From Octopus sinensis (lineage: Eukaryota): DNA of 64,000 nucleotides. Below the pieces are notes generated by a model, which was not told where the DNA came from, did no database searches, and worked only from the letters and a program-made list of their open reading frames with translations. Positions 1 through 13,943 of this stretch are shown here, in pieces. The stretch covers positions 17,298,001 through 17,362,000 of the forward strand of contig NC_043008.1 of the NCBI RefSeq assembly GCF_006345805.1, written 5' to 3'. Every line of letters starts with the position of its first letter. The first letter of the stretch is position 1. The translations under genes and the position numbers were made by a program.

Positions 1-23
1 CCTTTGAAATAAAGGTTCAACAA

Positions 24-212
24 AACAGGAAGAAATATTGAAAGAAAGTTGTGGTGAAAGAGTACAGCAGATTTACCATTACCTCCTGACGGAGCCTCGT
101 GGAGCTTTAGATGTTTTTGCTCAATAAACGCTCACAATCCGGTCTGGGAATCGAAAGCGCTATCCTACAACCGCAAGTCTGCTGCCTTAACTACTGGGCC
201 ATTGCACCTCCA
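24..212 (-). mobile_element. tRNA-derived SINE (GTGGAGG-head family), partial
   Basis: Minus strand reads GTGGAGGTGCAATGGCCCAGTAGTTAAGG (A box) ... TTCGATTCCCAGACC (B box); body matches copies at 2837, 34640 and 53978. Confidence 0.8.
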
Positions 213-311
213 CACACACACACACACATACACACACATACACACACATATACATACATACATACATACATTCATGCATACATGCATATATACATGCATA
301 CATACGTACAT

Positions 312-474
312 ACGGCGGGGTTCTTTCAGTTTCCGTCTACCAAATCTACTCACAAAACTTTGATCCGTCCGTTGGCCGTATTAGAAGAGTATTACCCAAT
401 GTGCCTCGCAGAGGGAATGAACGCAGAACCATGTGATTTGGAAGCGAACTTCTTACCACAAATCCACGCCTACT
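312..474 (-). mobile_element. Diverged 5' part of tRNA-derived SINE (GGCGCAGGAGTGG family)
   Basis: Similar to the 5' half of copies at 10330, 17157, 18870 and 54602 (CTTTCAGTTTCCGTCTACCAAATC...). Confidence 0.7.
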
Positions 475-1400
475 CTATATTATCAATAATATTTGATTTC
501 GTGTTCGTATTTGCGTATAACTACATATACACTTCATTAAACACATGAATTACTAAATCACATCTCTTCTCAAACCTTAACCTCACATCAGTGTACATAT
601 TTCTATGGCTACTCACTCTTTTACTCAATGTCCAGAAATTTAAAAGCATACAGACTGTTTTAATTACAGTCATGTAGAACATGAAAATATTTAAGGAAAT
701 CAATCGAAGCCTTTTGTTTACTCAAACGCTGTACATGTTTTCCAACATAATTAACATAATCTATATTGTGTAGCAAGCGGTGCTGTAGTATTCTAAACTA
801 CAGACTTTCCTTTGAATATTATTTATTTTTACATAACAAAATATTGATAATTTCTGACACAATTTCCCTTTCAGTTGAACGAGATAGACGCCTTTTAGTT
901 TTATCGTAAAAGAGTGAATGATTAGAAATAAAACGCATACAATAATGTTTTTAATAGAATATCGATATAAGCTTCGATTAATAATATTTTAAGGAACTGT
1001 GTTAAAATATAGTTTAATTTCAAAATCGTGTATTCAAATACTTATCCATTATTAACAAAGTGGGTAAATTTTTATCAGGGCTCACACATGTGCGGTACAC
1101 AAACTGCATGGAGGTGCATACATATACAAACACAAGCTCAGACACACACACACATACATAGAAAATACACAAACACGGACATGCAAGCACATGAATATGC
1201 AGGATACATACATACATATGCACACACACACACACACATATACCCACATACACATACATACATACACACATGCATACATAGGCACACACACACACTGACC
1301 CACACATACATACACACATGCATACGTACATGCATGCATTCATAGGCACACACACACTGACCCACACACATGCGCACAAACAAACAAAGAGGAACGCAGT

Positions 1401-1605
1401 GTAAATAACGGACAGAGTCAAAACTATTGGAAAGGTTGCAAGACGCAATGACAATTTTAGGAAAATAAGAAATAAGTGGAAATTTTACCGGCGCGTGTGT
1501 TAAACTATGGGTACAAAAAAAATGTCTCTCCCCAGACACAACCGAATATGCTTCAACACACGAACTCATATAAAGAATCTAGCAAACGAAATCCAAACAC
1601 GAAAT
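1401..1605. mobile_element. Partial copy of a non-autonomous long-inverted-repeat (foldback/MITE-like) family
   Basis: Shares CTCTCCCCAGACACAA...GAATATGCTTCAACAC...AAATCCAAA and GGAAATTTTACCGGCG with 13991-14095, 14520-14562, 32767-33004 and 63060-63235. Confidence 0.65.
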
Positions 1606-1867
1606 ATATGTATGTATGTATGTATTATGTAAAATAACAAACCATGACCGTGAAGTGACTTTTTACATAAGGGAATGTTATTACGTATGTATATCAGAAA
1701 ATATATAAGTCGAAACAATTTGTTGATATTTTATGGGGTTTTAATAATTGTTCATGTTATATAATATTACTTTTATGTTATATTATATTCATAGTATATC
1801 ATGAATAATAGTATATTATGAATAAATTATTGGTTTGCCCAATATCATCTCTGTATAAATTTATCTT

Positions 1868-2215
<348 letters not shown>

Positions 2216-2836
2216 ATACACACACAAATACAACATACACATGTGTGTGTGTGTATGCGCGCGCGTTTTATTAATCTCTCTGCCTGCTTCCCAACTGCGA
2301 CTTATTACGTCCCAGTAAATTAGCGTTTCATCAGCAACGGAGAAGGCCATATTCATTACGAGATTTCGAAATAAAAGTCATCAATGACCATTTCAAGCGA
2401 AAATAGAGACCAAAGGCCAAGTACTGCTATTTCACTTTAATGTTTCAATGGTAAATGCAAATGATGGAAATGATAAATTCAAAAGTGCCATTTCTCTAAT
2501 GCTGCCATAATATTGCTCTTAGCTTAGTGTAAAACAGTAGGGTACCAAATCAGACAGGTTGGTCGTAGACGTAATCTGTCCTTATCCTCAATATAGCGGT
2601 TCGTAATCCTTGAAGGGTGCTTTTAGTTTTGCGTATCTCAACTGATATCGAGTATATTATGATGTTTTATTACTTTCTGCCATTTTTTTCCCTTTATTGG
2701 GAATGCATGTGCCAATGTATTGCATATTATTTATTGTATAAAATTTTGTATTTAACTTGATGAGTAAAAGATACTAATACTACTGCTAATATTATTAGTG
2801 AGGACGCCTGAAATACTTCAAAGTAATGTCTGGCCT

Positions 2837-3142
2837 GTGGAGGCACATGGCCTAGTGGTTAGAGAAGCGGACTCGCGATCGAAGGATCATGGGTTCGAAT
2901 CTCAGACCGGGCGATGTGTGTGTTTATGAGCGAAACACCTAAGCTCCACGCGGCTCCAGTAGAAGGTAATGGCGAACTTGTGCTGACTCCTTCACCACAA
3001 CTTTCTCTCACTCTTTCCTCCTGCATCTTGCAGCTCACCTGCGACCGACCGGCGTCCCGTCCAGCTGGGGAACCTATATGCCAAGGAAACCTGAAAACCG
3101 GCTCTATGAGCCAGGCATTGCTCGAGAAGGAACAAACATTAC
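2837..3142 (+). mobile_element. Full-length tRNA-derived SINE with V-domain-like segment; 12-bp TSD
   Basis: A box TGGCCTAGTGGTTAG, B box GGTTCGAATCT, segment CCTGCGACCGACCGGCGTCCCGTCCAG; TSD AATGTCTGGCCT at 2825-2836 and 3143-3154. Confidence 0.9.
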
Positions 3143-3327
3143 AATGTCTGGCCTATTTGCATCTATCTTTCTATCAGTCTGAACAGAAATGTTCCACAGC
3201 ATTGAGATATGATCGTTTTCAAGCACTTGTGTTTGTGTTCCCATCGATTATTTTCATAGGGCAAGTACCAATCGTGGTTGTGGTGGTGGTAGTGGTGGTG
3301 GGGGGGATGGTGATGGTGGTGGTGGTA

Positions 3328-3610
3328 AGCGTCGAGCTGGTAGAACCGTTATCACATATAGCGAAATGTTTAACGGCATTGCGTCCGACTTTACGTTCTG
3401 AGTTCAAATTCCGGCGGGGTCATCTTAGTATTTCATCGTTTCGGGGCCGAGTACTACTATCGATGTGATCACCTTACCCCTCAAATCGAGTTTGCCTTTC
3501 ATCCTTTTGATATCGGTGACATAAGTACAAGTTGACCATTGGTGCCGATGTCCTCAACTAGCCCCCTCACCAAAAATTTCAGACCTTGTACCTATAGTGC
3601 AAATGATTAT
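3328..3610 (+). mobile_element. Diverged SINE with Nin-like domain
   Basis: GAGCTGGTAGAACCGTT...ACGTTCTGAGTTCAAATTCC...TTTGCCTTTCATCCTTT matches copies at 25505 and 44388. Confidence 0.75.
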
Positions 3611-4030
3611 TGTTACTATTCTATGGCTACGTTTCATCATAATATTAAAAAAGAAATTCTGATGAAAGATTGCTGCAAAATGCAATTAATTTATAGAAAG
3701 CAGAGTATTTGATTTCTCGTGGTTTTACTTAAAAAGACTGAAATATATTCTCAACCAAATTAAATTTTATATGGTTTCGGATAATTTTGAATTATGATTT
3801 AAATAACTCGTTTCATTCAGTTGTATGAAATGTTTTTATTTGCACAGCATGAATTTAGCTATTTTACTCAGAAATATGCTTTTATAGGTTTATTAATCAA
3901 TGATACGTATAAATATCTATCTATCTGCATCTATCTTTCAATCTAATCTATCTATCTATTTATCTATCCATCCAATCTATTTCTCTATCTATGTATCTAT
4001 TTATCTATCTATCTCTTTCTATATATATAT

Positions 4031-4073
<43 letters not shown>

Positions 4074-4080
4074 ATATATA

Positions 4081-4125
<45 letters not shown>

Positions 4126-4320
4126 CTATCTACTCTCGCCTCGCTATTTCTCTCTCTCTCTCTCTCTATCTAATTATCCTTCTCGGTCTCTCACTTTTTC
4201 GCAATTTATGTGTGTATGTGAGTGTGCGTGTGTAAGTGTGTGTGCACAAGTATAGATGTTTATACATAGGCGTGTGTGTGTATGTGTCCGTACAATAAAC
4301 TACACAGGTATGTATACCCT

Positions 4321-4385
4321 TACTCTTTTTACTCTTTTACTTGTTTCAGTCATTTGACTGCGGCCATGCTGGAGCACCGCCTTTA
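4321..4385 (-). mobile_element. 3' tail fragment of GGCGCAGGAGTGG-family SINE
   Basis: TTTTACTTGTTTCAGTCATTTGACTGCGGCCATGCTGGAGCACCGCCTTT, as in the tails of the full copies. Confidence 0.8.
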
Positions 4386-5280
4386 ATGATGAGGATAAAT
4401 ATATATATGCGCGCGTGTGTGTATATGTCCGTGCGCGATACGAAGATATATATATATATATACGCACACAGAGACTCACTCGCACATATATGTGTGCATA
4501 GATGTATATTGTATGTTGGAGGCGGGGCAAACTGAATGAGAAGGGAGAGAGAGAGAGTGTGAGAGAGAGAGAGAGAGCGGAAAATGGTAAAATCCAATCT
4601 ATAATAAGAGAAATAACGTGACAAAGAAAATATTCATGCATGGATCTGGCTACCTCGGTAGCTGGTCATTCTTACTCAACTAGAAACATCGCATCAGGAT
4701 TAGTAAAGCAAACACTTTAGGTTTACTGAGCAGGAAGGAAGGTACTTTGACAGCCTGTCTCTATTAGCAATCAAAGGAGTGGCAAAGTATGAAAATTTCA
4801 AAGCATATACTTCGAAAATAGTGACAGAATTTCATCTTGAATAAAATTTAGAATAATATATTTGCGGTTATATTTCGTTTGTAAGCTATTCATTTACGCC
4901 ATGTGAAATGAACACATGGGAAGCTGGGAAATTGATCCGAATATCAGTGAAAATAACAGCCATCTGAAAATAACGCATCTCGAAGGAGATATACGGTATG
5001 AATAACGTATATGTAAGGGAATTATCATAATATTTCCGGTATTGATAAGCATTAAATATGACAGAATATTAAATCCTGTATTGATATTACTATTTCCATG
5101 TAAGAAAGAGGTTAGTCATAACTGTTACTAATTTAGCCAAATCGCCAGCGATTTTGAGGGCAGGACGTATTCGGTCTTAATGTCTGTCGTGCGTAGAATA
5201 TTTACAGATTTTTCGTACACACACTCAGACACACATAAGTGCACGCACAGTAACCCACAAACACATGAAAACACACACAC

Positions 5281-5364
5281 ATAGATAGATAGAGATAGAT
5301 AGATAGGTAGATAGAGATAGAGAGAGAGAGAGAGGTAGAGAGATAGAGAGAGATAGATAGATAG

Positions 5365-5404
<40 letters not shown>

Positions 5405-5406
5405 TT

Positions 5407-5465
<59 letters not shown>
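5281..5465. repeat. (GATA)n/(GA)n microsatellite
   Basis: Direct inspection. Confidence 0.9.
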
Positions 5466-5466
<1 letters not shown>

Positions 5467-6526
5467 TACATATTCAGACATATTATCCATACATACATAC
5501 ATCGTCCCGGTACTTGGCAGATCCTTTATGAAATTCAAAATTTACTTCCGTGGGATTAGAACCGAAGCTTAAAAATCTGGAAGCCCTATGCATTGTTGCC
5601 AATCTACTGTCTTGTTTCTGTATTTACTTCTAACACTGTCAGTTTCTGTAAGTCATAGGAAGAAGCAATGTTGTATCCTCTGCACGTTAACAATTTTTGT
5701 TGACAATGTTCATCATGGTACATGTTACCGTCGTTAATAATTAACATCTTCACAAACAGCAAAATGAAAGCTTCAAAAATGATCCTTGCTAGAAAAAACT
5801 TGATTTTAGTTCTGTACAATCGAGGTTAAAAACCAACATAATGTCGGTTGAAAGATCACGTGGAAATCGACCCCTTTGTTAAATTATTTTCTGAAACGAT
5901 CTTCGTATCTGGAATTGATAGAAAATTTACTAGTTATTTATTTTATTTTCCTATCACAGTTGCACTCTAATAAAAAGTATAAACTACGGTACTATTTTAA
6001 AGTTAGACATGTCACATAATATCATGTATGTTTTTCTCCTCACTAACACCGACTAAAATAGCAACAATAATAACAAGAACACCAATAGTAAAACTATAAC
6101 AAAGAAGCAGATACATGCGAAGCAAATCGGCTTAAATGCATAAGTAAGATGTTTACATGAAACCAATCAAAAAGTAAGATGTTATACGCGCATACAGAGG
6201 TGAGACTGAGAAATGCTCAAAAAAAGAAAAGAAAAAGTGATCCGAAAGGATATGAATAACATTTTTTAATCTTCAATGGCGACTAAAGTTCTTGCTGCTT
6301 TTTTTCTTATATCATGTAAGATTTAAAAACATATTCAGTACGTATATTTTATTGTTTACTAACATCAATAAAACGACGCAAATCATTGGAGGGTGTGGAT
6401 CTTAGTTCTCGTATTCTTGTCCTCTTTATGAATAAAACTGACGTCGACAATTTAAAATTAGATAGATGAGAAACGTTTGTCTGTATGTACATTCATTTTG
6501 ACGCGCCCCCACCAAAAATCAAACAC

Positions 6527-6608
<82 letters not shown>

Positions 6609-6703
6609 ATATATTATATATATATTATATATATATATATATTCTGTAAGTGAGATGGAATATACAAGTGAAGAAATATACAAATGAGAGACCTATTTTC
6701 AAC

Positions 6704-7040
6704 TGGCTCAGTGGTTAGAGCGTCGAGCTTACGATCGTGCGGTTGTGAGCTCGAATCCCGGACCGGGCTGCGTGTTGTGTTCTTGAGCAAAGCACTTTAT
6801 TTCACGTTGCTCCAGTTCACTCAGCTGTAGAAATGAGTTGCGACGTCACTGGTGCCAAGCTGTATCGACCTTTGTCTTTCCCTTGGATAACACTGGTGGC
6901 GTGGAGAGGGGAGGCCGGTATGCATGGGCGACTGCTGGTCTTCCATAAACAACCTTGCCCGGACTTGTGTCTAGGAGGGTAACTTTCTAGGTGCAATCCC
7001 ATGGTCATTCATGACCGAAGGTGGTCTTTACCACTTTTAC
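6704..7040 (+). mobile_element. tRNA-derived SINE with CORE-like segment
   Basis: TGGCTCAGTGGTTAGAGCG (A box), GCTCGAATCCC (B box), GTGTTCTTGAGCAAAGCACTTTATTTCAC, short CTTTAC-type tail. Confidence 0.85.
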
Positions 7041-7095
7041 TGAAGATACGTTTACAGCCCAAGTTTGGCTTATATTAAATTTCTGTATATATATA

Positions 7096-8652
7096 CAGCC
7101 TTGGCCAAAATTAAGTAGCAGGTATGAAAAAATACAGAATATGATTGAAACCCATATTCTAATTAGCTTTTTGAAAATATTTTTGCACCTTCCCTCTTGT
7201 AACTAAGTGTCACCACAAATGAAACCAGTACAATAAACATGCTAGATTCTATCCCATCAATAATTAGTATTTGATGTGTCCTCTTTTTGCTTTTATATCC
7301 CCTTTTATGCGATTTTCATACTTGAGACTACGTTGATGAATGTGGCTTGGTCAATGTTCTATCGTTATTTCTTATTCTTTCGTTGAATATATTATTGATA
7401 ACTTATCAGTGGTTAATAGTTCTTGTAAATATCTCCAAAATAATAGATTCCTAAGACACAAAGGTCTCAAATCTTTGCATTATCAAGTGAAGGATTCTCC
7501 CAAGTTGAAATTGCAAAAAGTTGAAATGCTCAAGAAAAGCTCTCCGTCAACAAGTACAATGAGACAAATTCTTTCAAAATTTGTAAAGGACGAGGTTGCA
7601 AAAAGTGTACAACCACAAGGGAAGACAGGTTGCAGCAGACATCTCTTGCGTATCAAAAATACCTCTTTTGACGTAGCTACTAAGTTTCGGGTTGCAACCA
7701 ACAAGGATATATCAACTCACACATTGAGAAGATTATTAGAAGCTGGGCATAAAGGATGTAGGAAGTCGTTTCTGCCTGAGGTAAACATGAATAAGCGATT
7801 GGACAAAAGATTATGGAGAATTGAACTGGCGATCATTGGCCTAAAGTTGTTTAATCTCATGAAAGTAACTTTGATGTAGGGTCTCTACATTCCTTTTCAC
7901 CACTTCACTAGCCATAACTGAACTACACTTGTACAAATTTTTATTGAATACCAAAAATAATCAGTATTTTTTTTTTCTTTTCAGATCTTTGGAACCACTG
8001 GAGCTGTTAATGTTCACCATAGAGTTGGAGAGGATTGTCGTCCTGGATGTGTGGTCCCAACAGTGAAATTTATATGGGGAAGAGTAATTTTGGGGTGCTG
8101 CATGTCGTCTTCAGGCCCAGGAATGTTGTTCACTTCCGAGGACAGAATGAATTCCAAAACTTACACCAGCATGTTAGATCAAGATTATCAATCTTCCTTA
8201 GCTAAAATTTTCTCTGATAACATGCCAGGTGGCATAATAATTCAACCATTGCTCCATGTCACACATCCAGAAACTCATTGGCTTGGTGAGGAGAAATGGA
8301 TGAGGGTAATGAACTGGCCCCTTCAGTCTCCAGACCTCAATCTCATTGAACATTTCTGGTGACACTTAGGTACAAGAATGAGGGTCCAAAAATGTTCTTC
8401 AACAAGCGAATTAGAAGCCAAAATTCAGGAACAGTGGCAGACAATCGGCGCGGTCACTTGCGCCAACTTTGTCTGAAGTATGCAAAAACTTATAAAAGAG
8501 GTTATAAAAACAAAAGGAGGACGCATCAAATGCTAATTATTGGTGAGATAGACTCTGGAATGTTTATTATATTGTTTTCAATCATTAAGTAAATGAGTTT
8601 CAATCATATTCGCTATTTTATCATACCTGTTCCATAATTTTGACAAACGCTG
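7096..8652 (+). mobile_element. Tc1-family DNA transposon, full-length but degenerate, TA TSD
   Basis: Ends CAGCCTTGGCCAAAATTAAGTAGCAGGTATG / CATACCTGTTCCATAATTTTGACAAACGCTG flanked by TA; a second IR block at ~7251-7300 / 8500-8548. Confidence 0.93.
7460..8536 (+). pseudogene. Tc1 transposase pseudogene with a phase-0 GT-AG intron (7876-7984)
   Basis: Motifs WPKVV*SHESNFD|IFG...PTVK...GCCMSSSGPG...APCHTS...WPLQSPDLNLIEHFW...KGGRIKC*; contains stops and frameshifts. Confidence 0.88.
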
Positions 8653-9394
8653 TATGCACATACACACACATATATATTACTTGTCTTTTACGTTCCATTT
8701 GGCGCAATAAATTGCCTATGTCCATCGACTACAGTAAAAATTCATTGGCTAATATTCTAGATGAACCTGAAGGTAATAAAACATTAGTTGATAAAACAAA
8801 TTTCCTCTTATAATGGAAACGTTTTCAAACAGCGTAATAATACAAGACAAAATATATCAAAATACATGTATAAATTTATAAACAATGCCTGCAAACATAA
8901 CCGAACAATTTCTTGATTATTTCAATGTTATGTAACAATTGCGTTATTGTTTAGAGGTCTACAACAATTTAGTCACTGTTTCATAGCATTTCTGATGTCT
9001 AGAATAACAAGTGAGGGAAATAGTAAATATATATTTATTTAAATGGTCTCATTTCTCAACGGAGTTTACATCTTAAAGAGATTCGTTTCGACGAGATTAC
9101 TACTCACACATATACATGTATACACACAAAGAAATATAAAATTTATTCGTTCTTGTCTCGTGAGAGTTTTTCGCGTGTGCGTTTTTGTATTTTTTTTTCT
9201 TCTTTCTTTTACTTTTATTACATAAATCATTACACATGGCGAGAAATTCTGAATTGTGAAGTATTGGAAATTTCGCCGAAGGTGCACACATGTAGATACA
9301 TATATACATAACACACACACACACAACCAGGCGCGCGCGCACACACACACAGAGGATTTTCCACCGCGAGGGAAGGGTGCAAAATACATATATA

Positions 9395-10310
9395 GTAGGA
9401 ACTGGAGATTGCCACAAAGCACCTGATGAACAAGAGAGACAATAAGCTTTTGTAATCCCATGTGTAAGCTATGCCATGTCTCTGTGGAAGATGTCACGCA
9501 TGTGTAAGCTATGCCATGTCTCTGTGGAAGACGTCACGCATGTGTAAGCTATGCCATGTCTCTGTGGAAGACGTCACGCATGTATAAGCTATGCCATGTC
9601 CCTGTGGAAGACGCCACGCATGTGTAAGCTATGCCATGTTTCTGTGGAAGACGTCACGCATGTGATTAGCAGCTGTGCGAAAATTTCGTCACGCTACTAC
9701 CTCCCTATGCGGCACGATGTTGTTGCTAAAACATTTTACAATGACATACGGAAAAAAGACTGTCCTGAAATAAACACAGAAAACCCACTGCTATATAATA
9801 CTTTCATGAGCACCAATTCAAGGCACACTGGTGCATTATTCCCGTCAAAACGTATGTCAAGTGGAAAACATAACAGGCCGGATATTGTTGTTTAGGGCAA
9901 GGGGCAAAGGTATGTACCATCACAGAGAACAGCGGCCCTACAGATATATATATATATATATATATCTTTGAAAATCAAAGAAAATGAGGATATCTATGGA
10001 CAACTGCTTCAACAACTAAATCACGAGTATGAATTCATATTCATACCAATAAGAATTGGAGCAGTAGGTATTGTTAGTAAATGCGATTATTAGTAAAAGA
10101 GAATCTGGATAAACTGGAATTTTCAGAAAGAGAAATCGACCGACTTATTCGCACATTACAAGTGCAATCTATGAGTGGAACAATAAGTTTATGCAAGACT
10201 TTTCTCAAGTTCCAAATGTGAATTTCTCTGTGTTAACTACATCCAATTGATGGAGCTTCGTATCTTTGTTGGAAACTGGTTTCCGCCTCTGTAGAAGATT
10301 TATAATAATT
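9395..10310 (+). mobile_element. 5'-truncated non-LTR retrotransposon with restriction-like endonuclease (R4/NeSL-type)
   Basis: CKLCHVSVEDVTHVISSC (CCHC), RHDVVA, HNRPDIVV motifs; C-terminus LCKTFLKFQM*. Confidence 0.85.
9459..9664 (+). repeat. 40-bp minisatellite, 5 copies
   Basis: CATGTGTAAGCTATGCCATGTCTCTGTGGAAGACGTCACG x5 with few substitutions. Confidence 0.95.
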
Positions 10311-10329
10311 AAGAAATAGAATATTCATA

Positions 10330-10733
10330 GGCGCAGGAGTGGCTGTGTGGTAAGTAGCTTGCTTACCAACCACATGGTTCCGGGTTAAGTCCTACTGCGT
10401 GGCACCTTGGGCAAGTGTCTTCTACTATAGACTCTGGCCAACCAAAGCCTTGTGAGTGGATTTGGAAACTGAAAGAAGCCCGTCGTGTATATGTATATAT
10501 ATATATGTGTGTGTGTGTGTGTGAGTTTGTGTGTCTGTGTTTGTCCCTCCAACATCCCTTGACAACCGATGGTGGTGTGTTTACACCCCCTTAACTTAGC
10601 GGTTCGGCAAAAGAGACCGATAGAATAAGTACTAGGCTTACAAAGAATAAGTCCTGGGTCGATTTGCTCGACTAAAGGTGGTGCTCCAGCATGGCCGCAG
10701 TCAACTGACTGAAACAAGTAAAAGAGAAAAGAG
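10330..10733 (+). mobile_element. Full-length tRNA-derived SINE (GGCGCAGGAGTGG family, CORE-like CCTTGGGCAAGTG, internal TA/TG tract)
   Basis: A box TGGCTGTGTGGT, B-box-like GGTTAAGTCC, AAAAGAG tail; several near-identical copies in the window. Confidence 0.9.
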
Positions 10734-10899
10734 TATACATACGTACATACTTACATACATATGTACATAATACATACATATATGCATAGATACATGCATG
10801 CTTGCATGCGTATATACATGCATGCATACATAAATAATTACAGGCATACATACATATATACATATAAACACGCAGATATACAAACATACATATACATTT

Positions 10900-11145
10900 A
10901 CACTAAGAACAATTGGAAAGCTTGGTTTTGTAAGTAAATGCCTGGGTAAGCTTGGATTTTCAGAGAAAGAAATCACCCATCCTAGTTGCACGTTACAAAT
11001 ATAATTTATAAGCGGAATAGGAAAATTATACAAGATTTTTACCGGGTTTAAAATGTGATATTGCCTTTGGTATCTTCATTCCAAAGATGGACCTTTGTAT
11101 CTTTGTGAGAAACGAGCTCCTTCCTCAGTGGAAGAATTTAAATGG
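10900..11145 (+). mobile_element. Second, diverged 3' end of the same REL-type LINE family
   Basis: Similar to 10045-10300 (GGATTTTCAGAGAAAGAAATC, CAAGATTTTT...AAAATGTGA, GTATCTTTGT). Confidence 0.6.
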
Positions 11146-12073
11146 CTTAATGCAGGAGAGACACAAACATATATATATATAACAAAAAGAAAATGGAGGG
11201 GATACAAAAATGACATACATCAGCCGGTAGACATTCTATTATGTCTATTCCAAATAAGAAGGCAGTATTATAATAATACATACACATGCCAAAACTGTGT
11301 GCTACACATAATATATACCCTTAATACGTAAAAGAATAAAAGATTATAAGATCAGTTCCCGAGAATTTTCAAAGATTACTTGCGCTCAGGTGAGGAACGA
11401 ACTACCTGCAAAGCTAACATGGTAGAATATGTATGGAGAACGTATTGACATTGATTATGAATATCACTAATAAGGTTGAGAAAATATTTCACAATGCCTG
11501 ATTGAGCTAATTAAAAAGACGATATATTAAATATGTAATAGAAAATGAATTAATAACATTCGATTACCTGATATTAGCTTTACTAATCAAATAAGAAATG
11601 TTTTTCGTTGTGTTTAACATATGAAATTATGAAGCTGTTTTTATATGTAAAATAATACCAGGTAACTGAAATATTAAGAATGCAAAAACAAAGAAATTTA
11701 TAGAGGTGATTTTAAAGTCATCTAGTTGAAACAACGTGGGAATATAGTTTACTGAAGAGACATAAAATATGCCGAAACTTCGTCGTATATGTCATTAGTT
11801 CGTATTAGGTAGAAGATGTTTTCTAAGTTGTATCCCCCTCATTTTTTCCACAAATTGCTGGAGTTATCACCCCCTGTCTTCTTTTGTTATGCATCAACCC
11901 GTAAAAGTATATTTTCTACGTTTGACTCTCAACTCGGTTTATATACATACGTACATACATATATACATACACACGCACACATATATGAATGTATGCGTTA
12001 TTATACATGTAGATATATTCCCACATAAACACACACACACAAATATATATATATGTACAATATGATTCATAGA

Positions 12074-12132
<59 letters not shown>

Positions 12133-12910
12133 TGTGTGTATAATATATACATTTATCCCCACGTGTTTATGTGTGTTTATGAGCATGCGTATTTGCATAT
12201 ATGTATCTTGTGTGCGCTTGTGGACGTGCGTGCACGCACATGTACATATATGAGTGAGTGAAACAACGAATTTGTTCAAAATATTTAGTTGAGTTTCAAC
12301 ATTATACATGAAATAAATTAAAGATCTGAAATCATGGTAGACTTAATTCTAATTATCTAATTACAATTATAAAGAGTGTTTATTGATTAAAAATAATCAT
12401 TAGTGAAATTAAACAATTATTGTCAAGGAAATTTGGTTAATTGTTATAAATGTTTCACTCTACATATTGCCACTGCTTTTATATATATTTTCTTATTTTT
12501 CTTCCTGTTTCTCAAATCAAATAGATCGTCTTAAATTATAAATTTTAGGTGAGTATTACTCCACAATATTCCCCTACCATCTTTGCTTTTCTTTATTCTT
12601 ATCCTCCCAGCATCTCATTCTCTTTCTCCCCCTCTCGCTCCTTCCCGGTTTCCCTCTTTCTTTCTTTCCCTCTGTTCCTCCCTCTCTCCCTCTCTCATTT
12701 TCTTTCTCTCACCCCTCTCTCTCACTCTCTGACTTTCTTCAGTTCATGTATTCTCGCAGCATCTCACACTGCCGCTTAACGCTTTTTAAAATATATTTAT
12801 ATATATATTTTCGCTTCTCGTTATAACATTCCCGAATCTTGAAGAAAAATAATTCACAAAAAAAGTAATAATAATAATAATAATATAATAATAATAATAA
12901 TAATAATAAT

Positions 12911-13351
12911 ATGCTCAATACCACAAATTTACTTCTCAGTTGTTTGACCATAACCAGTTGAGCATGTCCCTTAGTGGCCGACGATACGTGCACCTCTGAT
13001 CACGAGCAGAAGTAGTGGGGGAGCATCATGGCGGTATGTTGAAAGGGATTCTTGGAGGTTTAGATAATTCACTTTTGGAAACATGGGTGGTTTGTTCAAC
13101 ATCCTTAAACAATCCTTATTCAGGGACCTTTTGAGTGGGATGGGTTACACGACCAGAAGAAAATTCTAACTGGGCCCCACCTGCAAGGTCATGTGCTGGT
13201 TATCTTGATATGAGATCACCGTGTCGCGCACATATGGTAGTGATGCATGTGCCTGGTGTACCCTTATCAGACAGGTAGTCATGATGGGTATACTGGGCTC
13301 CGTATATTTTACCCCAGTGTCACTTTGATGGCATGCACTGCTCTCTCACTC
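12911..13351 (+). mobile_element. Probable LINE 3'UTR or non-autonomous retroelement inserted into (AAT)n
   Basis: GC-richer 440-bp block bounded on both sides by (AAT)n; no ORF. Confidence 0.55.
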
Positions 13352-13779
13352 AATAATAATAACAACAACATGGTAGTTACTTATTTAGTCAAACGATCAT
13401 TTTTTTGAAAACTGAGTTGAATAGGCGAATGTATCGATTCTAAGATTTAAGATGTTCTAAGGTATTCTAAATATCAGACCACCGGAGAATGCAAATGAAA
13501 ATCCAAGTTTTGTACTTTGACAAATTATTATAAAGGCACCCTCTTTACTATACCTTATTTACAGAACGTATTTGGTATTTCATCCACTGGCAAATCATTG
13601 TGCGATGAAGCGTTCACAATACTTGGATCAATGGCACCACTAAATACCATTGTATTTCAAATATTCCATGATCAATCTTTTTTCAAAAGCATCGGCGTCT
13701 TTTAATATATACATACTTATATACATACATACATACATACAAACATATATATATATATATCTTTGTATGTGTATGTATA

Positions 13780-13837
<58 letters not shown>

Positions 13838-13872
13838 ATGTATATATATATATATGTGTGTGTGTGTGTATG

Positions 13873-13943
<71 letters not shown>

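Noticed and set aside
2837-2912. tRNA gene (also at 6704, 10330, 30875 and 53491)
   Set aside because: A/B boxes continue into SINE bodies with no proper acceptor stem or terminator; these are SINE heads.
2914-3468. 184-aa ORF
   Set aside because: Runs through two SINEs and a (GTG)n tract; a chance open frame.
9459-9664. CRISPR-like regular array
   Set aside because: Units are head-to-tail with no spacers and lie within a LINE ORF in eukaryotic DNA.
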